IMG/VR virus record: IMGVR_UViG_3300029288_000159
Span: 7,498-71,497 of that record
From: a virus
Taxonomy: Duplodnaviria > Caudoviricetes
Strand: one strand, 5' to 3'
DNA: 64,000 nt
The first letter of the stretch is position 1, and each line of letters starts with the position of its first letter. Under the pieces are notes generated by a model. The model had not been told where the DNA came from. It saw nothing but the letters and a program-made list of their open reading frames with translations, and ran no database searches. A program made the position numbers and the translations under genes. Below, in pieces: positions 27,085-37,541 of the stretch.

Positions 27085-28725
27085 TTGCAGATCGCAGACT
27101 ACACGCTGCAGGTGCCCATGTCAACGACGTCGCCCGCCACACTCACAGTCCTGTCCCCGGACGAAATCAGTAATTCTTACCTACGAGTAGTTCGGGCTGA
27201 GCTCATTTCTCGCGGCGTTGCGAATCCAAATGTCACACCGGGCAGCGACTATGCGGTGAGAGCCGCCGCTCTGGCTCAGCAGATCTCTCCGGCGATGGCG
27301 AATGCAATCATCGCCGCGGACATCAACATGCCGGACATGTGCACAGCCGAACGACTCGTGCGCTGGCTCGCGATCTACGGATTGTCATACCGGGATGCGC
27401 AAGGCTCCGTCGGCAATATCGTGCACAGCGCGTCGTCCACAGGATACGTCCCGCATGGCGCCCAGCTCGTCAATTCCTCTGGTCTATTTTATGAGGTGGA
27501 CGTCGGAGGAAACTACCCGAACGGTGCGTCGATTCCCATCCGCGCTCTATCCACCGGCAAGTCCACGAACATGTTGGCCGGGGAGACGCTGCAATGGCTG
27601 GTGCCTCCGCCATACGCTAACAGCAAAGTGCTCGTGGGTGTAGGCGGGCTGATCGATGGCGTCGACGCAGACACGGACACGATCGCGCGTAATCGGTTGC
27701 TGCAGCATCTTCGAACGCCGACGGGCGGCGGGAACTGGGCACAGACGATCGAATGGGCGGTCGAGGCGAGCGCCTCCGTCGTTGCCGCATTCGATTACCC
27801 GGCTCTTCTCGGTCCCTCGTCATATGCCATCTGGCCGCTCGGAGCGCTCATCTACGACACGACAACGGGGTTCTCTCGGCAACTCTCCGATGCTACGCGT
27901 GCGATCGTGAAGGCTGCCGTAGTAGCGCAGAAGCCGCCCGAAACGTATTGCTACATGATGACGACGCTAGGTTCGTATGCGGCTGACATCGACACGGACG
28001 TGGTGATTGCCCTCTCTCTTCCCGCTGCAATCTCGGTCGGCGGGGAAGGCGGTGGATGGACGGATGCGACGCCATGGCCCGTCCTCGAGGGAGGCATCGA
28101 ACGCATCTGGGTTGACGGCGACAACACCATTACGCCAACACAATTCGTTTTGCGGAGTGAGAGCACATCCTATCCACGTGCTTCCACAATCATCAATGGC
28201 GTAACACAGATTGCCGTATTCGACCCCGTGAGTTGGTGGAATGGCGGGGCGACGGATCATGGCCCCGCCATCCGCACGAGCACCATTGTAAGCCATGCGG
28301 GGATCGATGGGAGTGTGGTCTGCATGATCGACCCTGCCCATCCGTTCCCGAACCTCAAGGCGAACGACATGGTCTTCCCAAACTGCGAAAACGCTGAGGT
28401 CTACGCACAGGCATGGCTTGTCGCCATGGCCGACATGGGACCGGGGGAGATGACCACGAACGCCGATGTGCTCGTCTATGCATATCGACATCCAGCACCC
28501 GGACAGGGACATCCATACTCTCTCACTACACGTCAGACGAAAGCGATCATTGACTCGTCGGATGAAGTGCTCGATGCGGCCTACATTCTAGCAGGAGCCG
28601 TGAGTCCTTCCGATGACACCATTTTTACTGAGTTCACAACACCTCCGGTTGGTGGTCCATCGCTCGACTACGCACCGGCAACGCTCGTCCCCAGGACATT
28701 CGCCTTCTTCCCAATGAGTGCATAA
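27085..28725 (+). CDS. Baseplate J-like protein (Mu gp47-like) with an inserted domain
   Basis: PGSDYAVRA...GGLIDGVDADTD...RNRLL...PTGGGN motifs. Confidence 0.85.
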   Translation: MQIADYTLQVPMSTTSPATLTVLSPDEISNSYLRVVRAELISRGVANPNVTPGSDYAVRAAALAQQISPAMANAIIAADINMPDMCTAERLVRWLAIYGLSYRDAQGSVGNIVHSASSTGYVPHGAQLVNSSGLFYEVDVGGNYPNGASIPIRALSTGKSTNMLAGETLQWLVPPPYANSKVLVGVGGLIDGVDADTDTIARNRLLQHLRTPTGGGNWAQTIEWAVEASASVVAAFDYPALLGPSSYAIWPLGALIYDTTTGFSRQLSDATRAIVKAAVVAQKPPETYCYMMTTLGSYAADIDTDVVIALSLPAAISVGGEGGGWTDATPWPVLEGGIERIWVDGDNTITPTQFVLRSESTSYPRASTIINGVTQIAVFDPVSWWNGGATDHGPAIRTSTIVSHAGIDGSVVCMIDPAHPFPNLKANDMVFPNCENAEVYAQAWLVAMADMGPGEMTTNADVLVYAYRHPAPGQGHPYSLTTRQTKAIIDSSDEVLDAAYILAGAVSPSDDTIFTEFTTPPVGGPSLDYAPATLVPRTFAFFPMSA

Positions 28726-29225
28726 TGACTCTACCTGCTATTGATTCTGCGGCTGCGTGGGGTGCTGACACATGGACTGACTTCGAGCCCATCGTCGACC
28801 CGACTACCGAGCTGCCGGCGTCCGTCGCCAAGACTATCGCCGCTGATACGGCTGCCATGACTCACACCGCAGTGAGGGCATGGGTGCGCTTCCTATGCGC
28901 TACGTACACAAGCGGCACCGTGGCATGCACGGTAGTCGATCACGATTCCGTGTGGGGCAGCGCCACGGCTCCGACCGTAGACGAAGTGGCAGCAGGTCAA
29001 TACACGATCACCTGGCCTGCATCCGTCACGGATGAACTCGGCGCGATACATACACTGGCCATCCGTGCCCCTCTCCAGCCTGCTCTATCGGGGAGTGCCA
29101 CATTTGGCATCGGATACGCAATGGTCTTTTCATTCACGGCGAACGTCATCAATCTGCGAACGTACAACACTTCGTTCACGGAAGCAGATATGGCCGCCGA
29201 TTATTGCACGGTCGCTTGGTACTGA
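28725..29225 (+). CDS. Hypothetical tail/baseplate protein
   Basis: Operon packing. Confidence 0.5.
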   Translation: MTLPAIDSAAAWGADTWTDFEPIVDPTTELPASVAKTIAADTAAMTHTAVRAWVRFLCATYTSGTVACTVVDHDSVWGSATAPTVDEVAAGQYTITWPASVTDELGAIHTLAIRAPLQPALSGSATFGIGYAMVFSFTANVINLRTYNTSFTEADMAADYCTVAWY

Positions 29226-29226
29226 G

Positions 29227-29943
29227 ATGCCCTTCGGACGATTTGGCTCATTCCCGTTTCGGTTTGGGTCTGGGATTCCCCTCGCTCGAACCGTTTACGA
29301 ATCGCTCAATCGATCACTTGGGTCAGCCTATGACACGAGCGAGACGAGCAATGTTGTAGCGGAGACGAGTGCAGAAGCTAGACTCATTGCCGCATGCTGG
29401 AACGCCAATACCCGGGCATCGAATCAATACGATGCTGACCGGATGACAGATTTCATTCCCAGATGGGAATCGATATTTGCCTTATCGGTAATACAGAACG
29501 CGACGGATAACGAGCGGCGTACTCGTGTCAAGTCCAAGTTTGCGGCGACGACAACGCCGACTCACACGAGCATCTACAACTTCTGCCTCGCCGCACTCGG
29601 GTCTGTTCTTGTCGATGTCGAATACACGCCGTGGAATGAAGTGGCCTCCGGCATCATGTGGCCGCCCACCATCAATTGGGACGACACGGGCACTGCTGTC
29701 TACCCAGTGACGGGATATCCACAGGGATGGTCATCGGCTGTGTCTCACATCGTTGTGCGCGTGGAGCAACCATCTACGCTATCTGAAAACCAATTCGTTA
29801 CGCTCGTGGGGACCACGCTCCGCCAACTTCGGGACATGCTGCCCGACTACGACACAGCGGACTGGGTAGAGAACAACGAGGACGACACCGAAGGTTTCAT
29901 CCTCGACGATGAGCACAATCTCGACTCGGAGGCTTTTGACTGA
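29227..29943 (+). CDS. Baseplate protein (Mu gp48/DUF2313-like)
   Basis: FIPRWESIF...ERRTRV..K motif. Confidence 0.68.
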   Translation: MPFGRFGSFPFRFGSGIPLARTVYESLNRSLGSAYDTSETSNVVAETSAEARLIAACWNANTRASNQYDADRMTDFIPRWESIFALSVIQNATDNERRTRVKSKFAATTTPTHTSIYNFCLAALGSVLVDVEYTPWNEVASGIMWPPTINWDDTGTAVYPVTGYPQGWSSAVSHIVVRVEQPSTLSENQFVTLVGTTLRQLRDMLPDYDTADWVENNEDDTEGFILDDEHNLDSEAFD

Positions 29944-29945
29944 CC

Positions 29946-30494
29946 ATGGCGATACCCTTCGTAAAAGCGGGCGGATGGGCCTACCGCGAGAAGCTCACGT
30001 CAGTGCAGATGAACACTCTGCAGACGTATCTGAACTCTCGGGCCGCAGATCTCGCAACAGGAGAGACGAATAGTTTCGGCAGCGTGGTCGAGTTCAATGG
30101 GGCCGCCACATTCAATGCTCCGGTTGTGTTTGCCACCAACGTATCGTTCCACACGTCGAGAGTCACCTATCTGAATAGCGCATACGCGGAGCTTCGCTAT
30201 GCGAATCTGCAAGATGTTCCGACTAGCCATTTTGGGATCGTATCTGCCGAGTTGGTTCGCGTCGGAGTCGTGAGCCAGACGACATCGGCGATTCTCGACA
30301 ACGATGCCACGGATACTTATGGAGCGATCGAGTTTTCGTGTCGAGCGGCGAACCCTGGGTACCCTGTGTTTATCAAAGATGCGGCGCTGGCGAACATGGT
30401 CACTCTGGGGTGGACCACAGGAATGTATCTGTATGCAAAGATGGTTTGGGACGGATCCGTGTGGCGCTTCTGGACGGGTGAAGTGAAAACATGA
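29946..30494 (+). CDS. Tail-fibre-associated protein
   Basis: N-terminal W...EKLTS.QMN motif typical of fibre attachment segments. Confidence 0.5.
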   Translation: MAIPFVKAGGWAYREKLTSVQMNTLQTYLNSRAADLATGETNSFGSVVEFNGAATFNAPVVFATNVSFHTSRVTYLNSAYAELRYANLQDVPTSHFGIVSAELVRVGVVSQTTSAILDNDATDTYGAIEFSCRAANPGYPVFIKDAALANMVTLGWTTGMYLYAKMVWDGSVWRFWTGEVKT

Positions 30495-33400
30495 CCGTCA
30501 CAGCCTCCGCCATTTGCCTTGTCCAATCGGCCTCCCTCGGGGCCGGATGGCACTCTGTCGAGGCGTTGTCACTGCCTATCGAGGCAGGCGAGACCGTTTC
30601 CATCAAACTCGAGAGCTCTGCCGGTGCTGGCGTGTGGCGGCTCGAGATCTATGGAGCAGATGAACTCGTCACAGTGCCAACGATCACGCAGGCGAGCGGT
30701 CCGGAGGCGATAGCGTCCTTCACTGCCCCAGCCGATGCGGGCGGAGACGGATGGGCGCTAATCATAAAGTCTCAGATTGGGAATAACACACCGGGGTACG
30801 ATGCGTCTGGCATCGCTCACACGGAATACAATTTCACCTTCAAACTCTGGCATGCGACAGGCACGACCGGACGGGAACTCCTAGCCCTAAATGAAACATT
30901 TGAGGCCAATGCTACGGCTGGTTGGGCAGCAATCATCAATCCGGTCATCCGTGCAGCCGGCGGAGGTGGAGGTGGTCCTCCGACCGGGGCGGCGGGCGGT
31001 GACCTCGGTGGTTTCTATCCCAACCCAGACGTCCTCAAAATCCACGGAGCAAGCGTACCGACCTCCCCAACGAGCGGTGATGTCGGCAAAGCTCTCGTCG
31101 TCAGCGCGGCGGACACACTTGCGTACGGTGCGATAGCCGCCCTTACTTCGACTGCTCCAGTCGACGTCACCAAAGCCACAGCAGCTGTAGGAACAGGGGC
31201 AACAGCGGCTCGATACGATCATAAGCACGATGTCGCCACAGCTGCTGCCGGGGCCGCTGCTGCCGGGGCATCCGCGGCGGAGGGGACTGCCACCTCGTTG
31301 GCTCGGTCCGATCACGCACACTCGTTTGCCGTGGCCACGCCCGCTGCTGTAGGAGCTGCGAGCGCTCCTGGCTCCGCGAGCACCTTCGTTCGCGGAGATC
31401 ACGTACACGGGCACGGAGACCAGACAGGAGGCACTCTTCACGCCGTCGCCACTACCTCGGTTGCTGGATTTGAGTCGGCCGCAGACAAGACGAAACTTGA
31501 TGGCATCTCAGCGGGAGCGGCCGGGCTGTCTTCGGCGGCGCCGGCTGACGTCACGAAAGCGGCTGCGGCGGTGGGGGTTGGGACGACGGCCGCCCGGTCG
31601 GACCACAAGCACGACATCAGCACGGCGGCCGCTGGCGTCGCAGCAGCGGGCGCTTCGGCGGCAGAAGGCACAGCAACCAGTCTCGCCCGTTCTGACCACG
31701 CACACAGCTTCTCAGTGGCTACCCCGGCCAGCGTGGGAACGGCAAACGCTACTGGTTCGGCTAGCACATTCGTCCGTGGAGATCATGTACACGACCACGG
31801 AACGCAATCGACGGGGACACATCATGCAGTTGCGACAGCGATCCTCAATGGATTCATGTCGTCGACCGATTACTCGAAGTTGGCCGGGATCGCTGCAGGC
31901 GCCACCAACACTCCGCTATCTTCGACCGCTCCCTCGGATGTCACCAAAGCGGCCGCTAATGCAGGCACAGGAGCCGAGGCGGCTCGATACGATCACAAGC
32001 ACAACATCTCGACTGCCACTCCCATTGCCATTGGGGCAACTCTGGCGGAGGGAACGGCCACATCTCTTGCTCGTTCTGATCACCAACATACACACGGGAA
32101 TCAGCTCGGGGGAACACTACACGCTGTTGCTACCACCTCCATCGCTGGATTCATGTCCGCCGCCGACAAGACGAATTTGGACGGTCTCGCAGGTGGGTCA
32201 GTGCCCTCGAGCCGCACGATTTCGACTACCGCCCCGCTCACCGGAGGTGGAGACTTTTCGATCAACCGAACGCATGCTATCGATTGCGGAGGGACATCCA
32301 ATCGAGCACTCGTAACGACGAACGGGACATCATGTGCATTCGGACAAGTGACCGCGGCAATGATGAACGCGGGAGGCACAGCCAACCGTATCTTTCTTAC
32401 CACCGACGGATCCAATGCTTCGTGGGGATTGATCGTCGACGCGATGATTTCTGGCGTCGGATGGTCCAAGATCGCGAGCACTCCGACTACGGTGTCTGGG
32501 TACGGTATTACGGATGCGGTCGCAACTACACGCTCTATCTCCACCACATCTCCTCTCACTGGTGGTGGTGATCTATCCGCAAACAGGACGTTCGCCGTCA
32601 ATACGTTGTCGAATACGACGAGCGGCGTAGTCCCGGCGATCACTGCGGCGAACACCGCTCTCATCTCAACGAGTGGCACCGCTGGTGTCTGGGGTCAAAT
32701 CCCCGATGCGATTATCTCCGGAGTTGCCTGGTCGAAGATAAGCAGCAAGCCGACTACGCTCTCTGGATACGGAATCACAGACGGCGTCTCGATCGCTCGA
32801 ACGATCTCAACCACGTCGCCCCTTACCGGAGGAGGTGACCTCTCTGCCAATCGCACGATTGCGATCTCTGCAGGCGGCACTGCACTCCGCGTGATGCTCA
32901 CGGTCGACGGAACGGCCGTGACGTGGGGACAGGTTTCGGACAGCTACATCTCCGGGGTGGCATGGTCGAAAGTATCGGGGCGCCCGACGACTCTATCGGG
33001 ATACGGAATCACCGATGCGGTGGCAGCTACCAGGACCATCTCGACTACTGCGCCGCTCTCAGGCGGTGGAGATCTCAGTGCCAACCGCACGATTACCGTT
33101 GCCACCGTCTCGGGTTCGTCGAGCGGTGTCATGCCCGCCGTGGGAGCCAATGGGACGATTGCCCGGAGTGATGGCACTGCTGCTTCCTGGGGGTTCCTCA
33201 CTGACGCCAACGTGTCGGCCAGTGCCGCCATCCTAGGCACGAAGATCTCGGCGGACTTTCGATCGAACACCGTCTACGGTGGCGCGCTCGCGGTCGGGAC
33301 ATCCCCAGCTCAAAGCGGATCGCTCCGGCTGCCACTCAGCGGGTCGATTCGCACGCGTTCGTACGACGATGCTAGTGATCAGGTTGGCATTGCATTTGGA

Positions 33401-34054
33401 TACGTTAGCAATAAGCAAACGATCAATATCGGATCAACGGCAAATACGAATGCTATCGACACGTATGTTGAGGCCACCGGCACGCAACGAATCAACGTTG
33501 GAGGTACTCCGAAAGTCACCGTCTCATCCGCCGCTGTGACCGTGGCCGCGACCCTGAAGTCAGATGATTACCAGACGATCAATACGCAAACAGTCTCGCG
33601 CAAGCAAAATATCATGTGCGGGACTGGCAGCTCAGGGACAACTACATACTGGTACACGGTAGACGGGGCATGGTCGCAGAATCTATCAGCAGGTTCATAT
33701 TCTTATGCACTAACCATTGACCTAGATATTCCTCATGGGTCATATATCACAGACATCTATGTTCGATTCTGGCCTCAGACTCATACGGCTCTTCCGGCGA
33801 GTATGCCCGCTTTCCGATTCGTCTACCTGGGTCCTGCGGGCACGTCAGTCGTCACCAGCGTGACCGATACTTCGAATCTCGCGACATACAACACTTCTCA
33901 CGAAGTTGCCATGGCGTTGGGGGCCTATTCGGTAGATAGGACAAACTACGCATATCAGGTGCGGATTGAAGGGGAATACGGGGCAAACTCCATAACAGAC
34001 ATGCGTGTCCAGGCCGTAAGAGTCACGTACACGTACACGAGTCTCATGAGATGA
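30491..34054 (+). CDS. Long tail fibre with two families of internal repeats
   Basis: Three APxDVTKA...RYDHKH...RSDHxH units, then four RTISTTxPLxGGGDLSANRT-like units. Confidence 0.8.
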   Translation: MTVTASAICLVQSASLGAGWHSVEALSLPIEAGETVSIKLESSAGAGVWRLEIYGADELVTVPTITQASGPEAIASFTAPADAGGDGWALIIKSQIGNNTPGYDASGIAHTEYNFTFKLWHATGTTGRELLALNETFEANATAGWAAIINPVIRAAGGGGGGPPTGAAGGDLGGFYPNPDVLKIHGASVPTSPTSGDVGKALVVSAADTLAYGAIAALTSTAPVDVTKATAAVGTGATAARYDHKHDVATAAAGAAAAGASAAEGTATSLARSDHAHSFAVATPAAVGAASAPGSASTFVRGDHVHGHGDQTGGTLHAVATTSVAGFESAADKTKLDGISAGAAGLSSAAPADVTKAAAAVGVGTTAARSDHKHDISTAAAGVAAAGASAAEGTATSLARSDHAHSFSVATPASVGTANATGSASTFVRGDHVHDHGTQSTGTHHAVATAILNGFMSSTDYSKLAGIAAGATNTPLSSTAPSDVTKAAANAGTGAEAARYDHKHNISTATPIAIGATLAEGTATSLARSDHQHTHGNQLGGTLHAVATTSIAGFMSAADKTNLDGLAGGSVPSSRTISTTAPLTGGGDFSINRTHAIDCGGTSNRALVTTNGTSCAFGQVTAAMMNAGGTANRIFLTTDGSNASWGLIVDAMISGVGWSKIASTPTTVSGYGITDAVATTRSISTTSPLTGGGDLSANRTFAVNTLSNTTSGVVPAITAANTALISTSGTAGVWGQIPDAIISGVAWSKISSKPTTLSGYGITDGVSIARTISTTSPLTGGGDLSANRTIAISAGGTALRVMLTVDGTAVTWGQVSDSYISGVAWSKVSGRPTTLSGYGITDAVAATRTISTTAPLSGGGDLSANRTITVATVSGSSSGVMPAVGANGTIARSDGTAASWGFLTDANVSASAAILGTKISADFRSNTVYGGALAVGTSPAQSGSLRLPLSGSIRTRSYDDASDQVGIAFGYVSNKQTINIGSTANTNAIDTYVEATGTQRINVGGTPKVTVSSAAVTVAATLKSDDYQTINTQTVSRKQNIMCGTGSSGTTTYWYTVDGAWSQNLSAGSYSYALTIDLDIPHGSYITDIYVRFWPQTHTALPASMPAFRFVYLGPAGTSVVTSVTDTSNLATYNTSHEVAMALGAYSVDRTNYAYQVRIEGEYGANSITDMRVQAVRVTYTYTSLMR

Positions 34055-34485
34055 AACGCGACACTCGGGAGTTCCTGATTCCCGCACATCTCCGACCCGA
34101 GCAGGGACGCGAGCCTAGGGATTCGGATAGACCACTGCCACCGAGCATCCCTCCGCCGCTCGAGCGAGAAGCCAAGCGAATTGGGTTGTTTCTGCCAATC
34201 CTCACTGGCTCGATCATGCTTCTGTCTGCTGGCTTTTCGATGGGCACATATCTTACAAGTCGCAAACTAGAACCCATCATAGCCGCGCTCCAAGACAACA
34301 AGGATTCGCATAACCTAATTGATTCAAGGCTCCGCGCATTGGAAATGACAATGGCCGGGATCCAGGGGCAGGTGAACACAATTTCGTCCGTACTCGGTAC
34401 CATGCCGACGTCGGACATTCTTACCATGAAGAGTATGCATGCCGCTGTCACGTACGGTGGGGGGAGTAAGGACCCGCCCAAGTGA
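34051..34485 (+). CDS. Single-TM coiled-coil protein (lysis region)
   Basis: One hydrophobic helix followed by heptads. Confidence 0.5.
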   Translation: MKRDTREFLIPAHLRPEQGREPRDSDRPLPPSIPPPLEREAKRIGLFLPILTGSIMLLSAGFSMGTYLTSRKLEPIIAALQDNKDSHNLIDSRLRALEMTMAGIQGQVNTISSVLGTMPTSDILTMKSMHAAVTYGGGSKDPPK

Positions 34486-34721
34486 GCGACGAATTGTTGT
34501 GCGACAAGATCGAATGCGTCATCAACAGGATAGTACACACGAAGATACTTCCAGTTCTTGCATCAACGGCTGACCAGACAACGGAGATGCATGAGACACA
34601 GCGTCAGATCCTACGAGAGTTGAAGGGACTCCGTGGGAAGTTTGATGCTCTCGAAGCGGACTTCGAAAAGCTCCGAGAGGAACACGAACGGTGCCCTCAT
34701 TGCGGCACTGCTAACAGTTAG
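34482..34721 (+). CDS. Small coiled-coil protein
   Basis: GTGA overlap with the previous gene. Confidence 0.5.
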   Translation: MSDELLCDKIECVINRIVHTKILPVLASTADQTTEMHETQRQILRELKGLRGKFDALEADFEKLREEHERCPHCGTANS

Positions 34722-34730
34722 GAGGATACA

Positions 34731-35234
34731 ATGAATTCTCAAGTGTTGTTCGTACTTCTCATGACGATAGTGACGAGTATTGGGACGTTCCTCATTCGGG
34801 GACTCAAGGGTGAATTTGCCGTTTTCCCCGACTGGCCAGCACCCGTCCGGCTCGCACTCGCTACCTTCCTGGCTGTCGTCGTTGGTGCAGCAACGAACGT
34901 GGAGACAGGTGCAGCGTTCCTCGCATCGTTTCTCTCTGGACTCGTTTCGGCTCTGCCAACCATCTTGCTAGAGCTCCTCGATCTGCTCAAAAACGTGAAG
35001 ACGAAGGCAAACGTTGCAGCTGTTTCGGCAGCTGCAAAGATGACCATGTTGCTTGTAGTCATCATGATGGCTACTGCTTGCTCCGCTGTCTGTCCAATCA
35101 TCCACGCTGCGGATCAAGTGTGTCCGTTCATCATCGTGGAACTCGAGAACGGCCAGAAGGTGCAGATCCCTAAGGGGCCTGTGGTGCAGCAGGCTCGCGC
35201 GATCGCAGCAGAAAAGAAGGACGGTGTGAAGTGA
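34731..35234 (+). CDS. Holin-like multi-TM protein
   Basis: Three to four hydrophobic segments, AGGAG RBS, upstream of the endolysin. Confidence 0.5.
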   Translation: MNSQVLFVLLMTIVTSIGTFLIRGLKGEFAVFPDWPAPVRLALATFLAVVVGAATNVETGAAFLASFLSGLVSALPTILLELLDLLKNVKTKANVAAVSAAAKMTMLLVVIMMATACSAVCPIIHAADQVCPFIIVELENGQKVQIPKGPVVQQARAIAAEKKDGVK

Positions 35235-36169
35235 GCGAGTCCGTCATCGGAGAGGTCGTCTTCGATGGGAAGGTTCGACCTCTCAAACACCGCCCCTCTC
35301 CGCCAGGATCACGAGGCCCGGTCGAGCTGAGACACATGCCTCGCATCCGACGCGCGAGAGTCTCAGCCGGACCCGTGCTCCACAACAACGATGACCTAAT
35401 CATCGAAGTGCTCGACCAGGGGCAGTTAGGCTCCTGCGAGCTCAACGGTTGGGACAACGGTCTGCGCTCCGCACAAACCCTCCAACTCGCCACGGCCATG
35501 GCGACACAACTGGGCATCTTGTTCGCTGACGCTCTGGTCCGAGTCAAAGATGCGCCGCCGGAGCTTGCCGCCCGCCTATTCATGTATTTCTGTGCCCAGG
35601 CGGTGGGCGGATATCTAGGTCAGGGCGATACCGGCACGACGTCGGCAGACGTTGCGGAAGCGTTGGCGTCGGTTGGTTTCTGTCGAGAGAGCCTCGACCC
35701 CTATCGAGACGATCCGAACGCAATCGATCCAAACGACCGCATGGTTGCTCTGCAGGCGCACGCATACGACCAGCGATTCCACGGCATTGCTCGAATCGAT
35801 GAGGACGGCATGTCGCCGTATGACCGTGCGTCGGTAATGGATCAATCACTAGCTGGGCGCTACGTCGTAATCTACGCCACACCATGGGACATCACGGCAT
35901 CGGAAATTCAACCCGGTCAGATCTGGCGTGGCTGTCTCGGCCAAATCCTCGGCGGCCATTGCGTTGATGTCGTGGCGGTTGGACCTGCAAACATGCTGAT
36001 GCCCGGAGACACAACTTCTACCGAGGAGTGCTATCTCGTGCTCAACAGTTGGGGTACGAGTTTCTGCCGCAATGGCCGATTCCTAATGGCCAAAGAGGCT
36101 CTGCGCTGGCAGTACGACGGCTACATCGTCGGCAACGTTCCACAATTCAGCGATCAGGTGGCCGCATGA
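35231..36169 (+). CDS. Papain-like (C1) cysteine peptidase
   Basis: DQGQLGSC (catalytic Cys), GGHCV (His) and LNSWG (Asn) motifs. Confidence 0.88.
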   Translation: MSESVIGEVVFDGKVRPLKHRPSPPGSRGPVELRHMPRIRRARVSAGPVLHNNDDLIIEVLDQGQLGSCELNGWDNGLRSAQTLQLATAMATQLGILFADALVRVKDAPPELAARLFMYFCAQAVGGYLGQGDTGTTSADVAEALASVGFCRESLDPYRDDPNAIDPNDRMVALQAHAYDQRFHGIARIDEDGMSPYDRASVMDQSLAGRYVVIYATPWDITASEIQPGQIWRGCLGQILGGHCVDVVAVGPANMLMPGDTTSTEECYLVLNSWGTSFCRNGRFLMAKEALRWQYDGYIVGNVPQFSDQVAA

Positions 36170-36576
36170 ACCGACAATTCATCTTCATCTTGAGCGCGGT
36201 GGGCCTCTTCTCGCTGCTGTCGATGGCGCCCGCATGTCCGCCTCAACCTGTGCCGCCTACGCCGGGTTCTGGCGGCTCGCCTGGCACAGGTGGCTCACCC
36301 AATGCCGCCGGCTCGCAGACGGACGATGGCGGTGCTTTTCGGTGCCAGCAACCGGGTACTTTTTGCTGCGCGGAGTGCGCCGTCCTCGTGGCACACGAGT
36401 GCCACGAGGAGGTCGACCGAACACCCAACGAGGCAGGCTGCGAGGAACGATGCAACAGCGCCGCGTCGCTCGTTTCTGCGCTGCATTGGCCCGACGTGAC
36501 AGCGTGCACCGCGCTGTCATGCATCCGTGAGCCGAAGGCCGGCAAGCGAGGAATCGCTTGCGCAGGAGGCAAATAG
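36166..36576 (+). CDS. Secreted/lipoprotein-like Cys-rich protein with a Pro/Gly linker
   Basis: N-terminal signal ending MAPAC, PG/S linker, many Cys. Confidence 0.55.
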   Translation: MNRQFIFILSAVGLFSLLSMAPACPPQPVPPTPGSGGSPGTGGSPNAAGSQTDDGGAFRCQQPGTFCCAECAVLVAHECHEEVDRTPNEAGCEERCNSAASLVSALHWPDVTACTALSCIREPKAGKRGIACAGGK

Positions 36577-36634
36577 TAGGTGATGGTCGAGGGGAGGGCA
36601 GTAGGGCTCTCCCTTCTCCAAGCGCCGGAGCAAA

Positions 36635-37276
36635 ATGACAAAGAGGATTCTCGCCATGGCGATTGGTATTTCTGCTCTATTATTCGCGAAGGCCGCAAAG
36701 CTCGAGACGCTGCACGAGGGGCGTCGAGCTCACGTGTATTTGGACTCGAAGGGAATCAAGACAGTAGGGATCGGCCTCAACCTCGAACGAGGAGATGCTC
36801 GTTCCGCACTGGATGCAGTTGGAGCAGACTACGACGCTATTGCGAATGGACATACTACGCTAAGCAACGAGCAAATCGACGAGTTGTTTCGTCGTGACCT
36901 CACCATGGCAATCGCATGGACGAAGAAGGTGGTCCCCGAGTTCGACAATCTGCCAGAAGTGATTCAGCTTGTCCTTATCGACATGACATTCAACATGGGA
37001 TGGGTAGCACTGCGTGGATTCCCGAGAATGTTGGCCGCCATGCGATCCCAGAATTGGGAGCAAATGATCGCGGAGATGTACGATTCAAAGTGGTTCCGCG
37101 ACGTCCCCACTCGCGTCAACGACGACGTGCGATTGCTACGCGCCGGTCTCAAGTTGCCTAGTCCAGTGCTAGCTCTAGATGATGACGAACGAGAGCGCAT
37201 TATGGCATTGGTTGCGCTCACTACGGAGCAGATTCTAGACGAGCACTTAGAACCTCATGCTTCGGAAACTGCCTGA
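36635..37276 (+). CDS. GH24 lysozyme endolysin, probable SAR type
   Basis: E-x8-D-x5-T triad (HEGRRAHVYLDSKGIKT) right after a weakly hydrophobic Ala/Gly-rich N-terminal helix. Confidence 0.88.
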   Translation: MTKRILAMAIGISALLFAKAAKLETLHEGRRAHVYLDSKGIKTVGIGLNLERGDARSALDAVGADYDAIANGHTTLSNEQIDELFRRDLTMAIAWTKKVVPEFDNLPEVIQLVLIDMTFNMGWVALRGFPRMLAAMRSQNWEQMIAEMYDSKWFRDVPTRVNDDVRLLRAGLKLPSPVLALDDDERERIMALVALTTEQILDEHLEPHASETA

Positions 37277-37466
37277 CGTATTGCCCAATCGGACAACTCC
37301 AATCGATAGATCAGACACCATTTGTCCGATGTGCAAAAGCGTAGGGACAGTACTGATCTCTCAGGGGGATCGATGTGCCAGGCAGACGTGCCCGCTCTGC
37401 CTAGGAGCCATTCTCATTCCCAGCCGAGTGGCTGGCGAGTGGCTAGCCACACATCCGAACAAGTAG
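37257..37466 (+). CDS. Small zinc-finger protein
   Basis: CPMC...CPLC pairs. Confidence 0.5.
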   Translation: MLRKLPDVLPNRTTPIDRSDTICPMCKSVGTVLISQGDRCARQTCPLCLGAILIPSRVAGEWLATHPNK

Positions 37467-37541
37467 CCAAAGCCAACTAACACATACCGGTTCGCCTCAT
37501 GCGCGCCGGGGCGCACACGTGTATCCAAAGGAGATATTATC

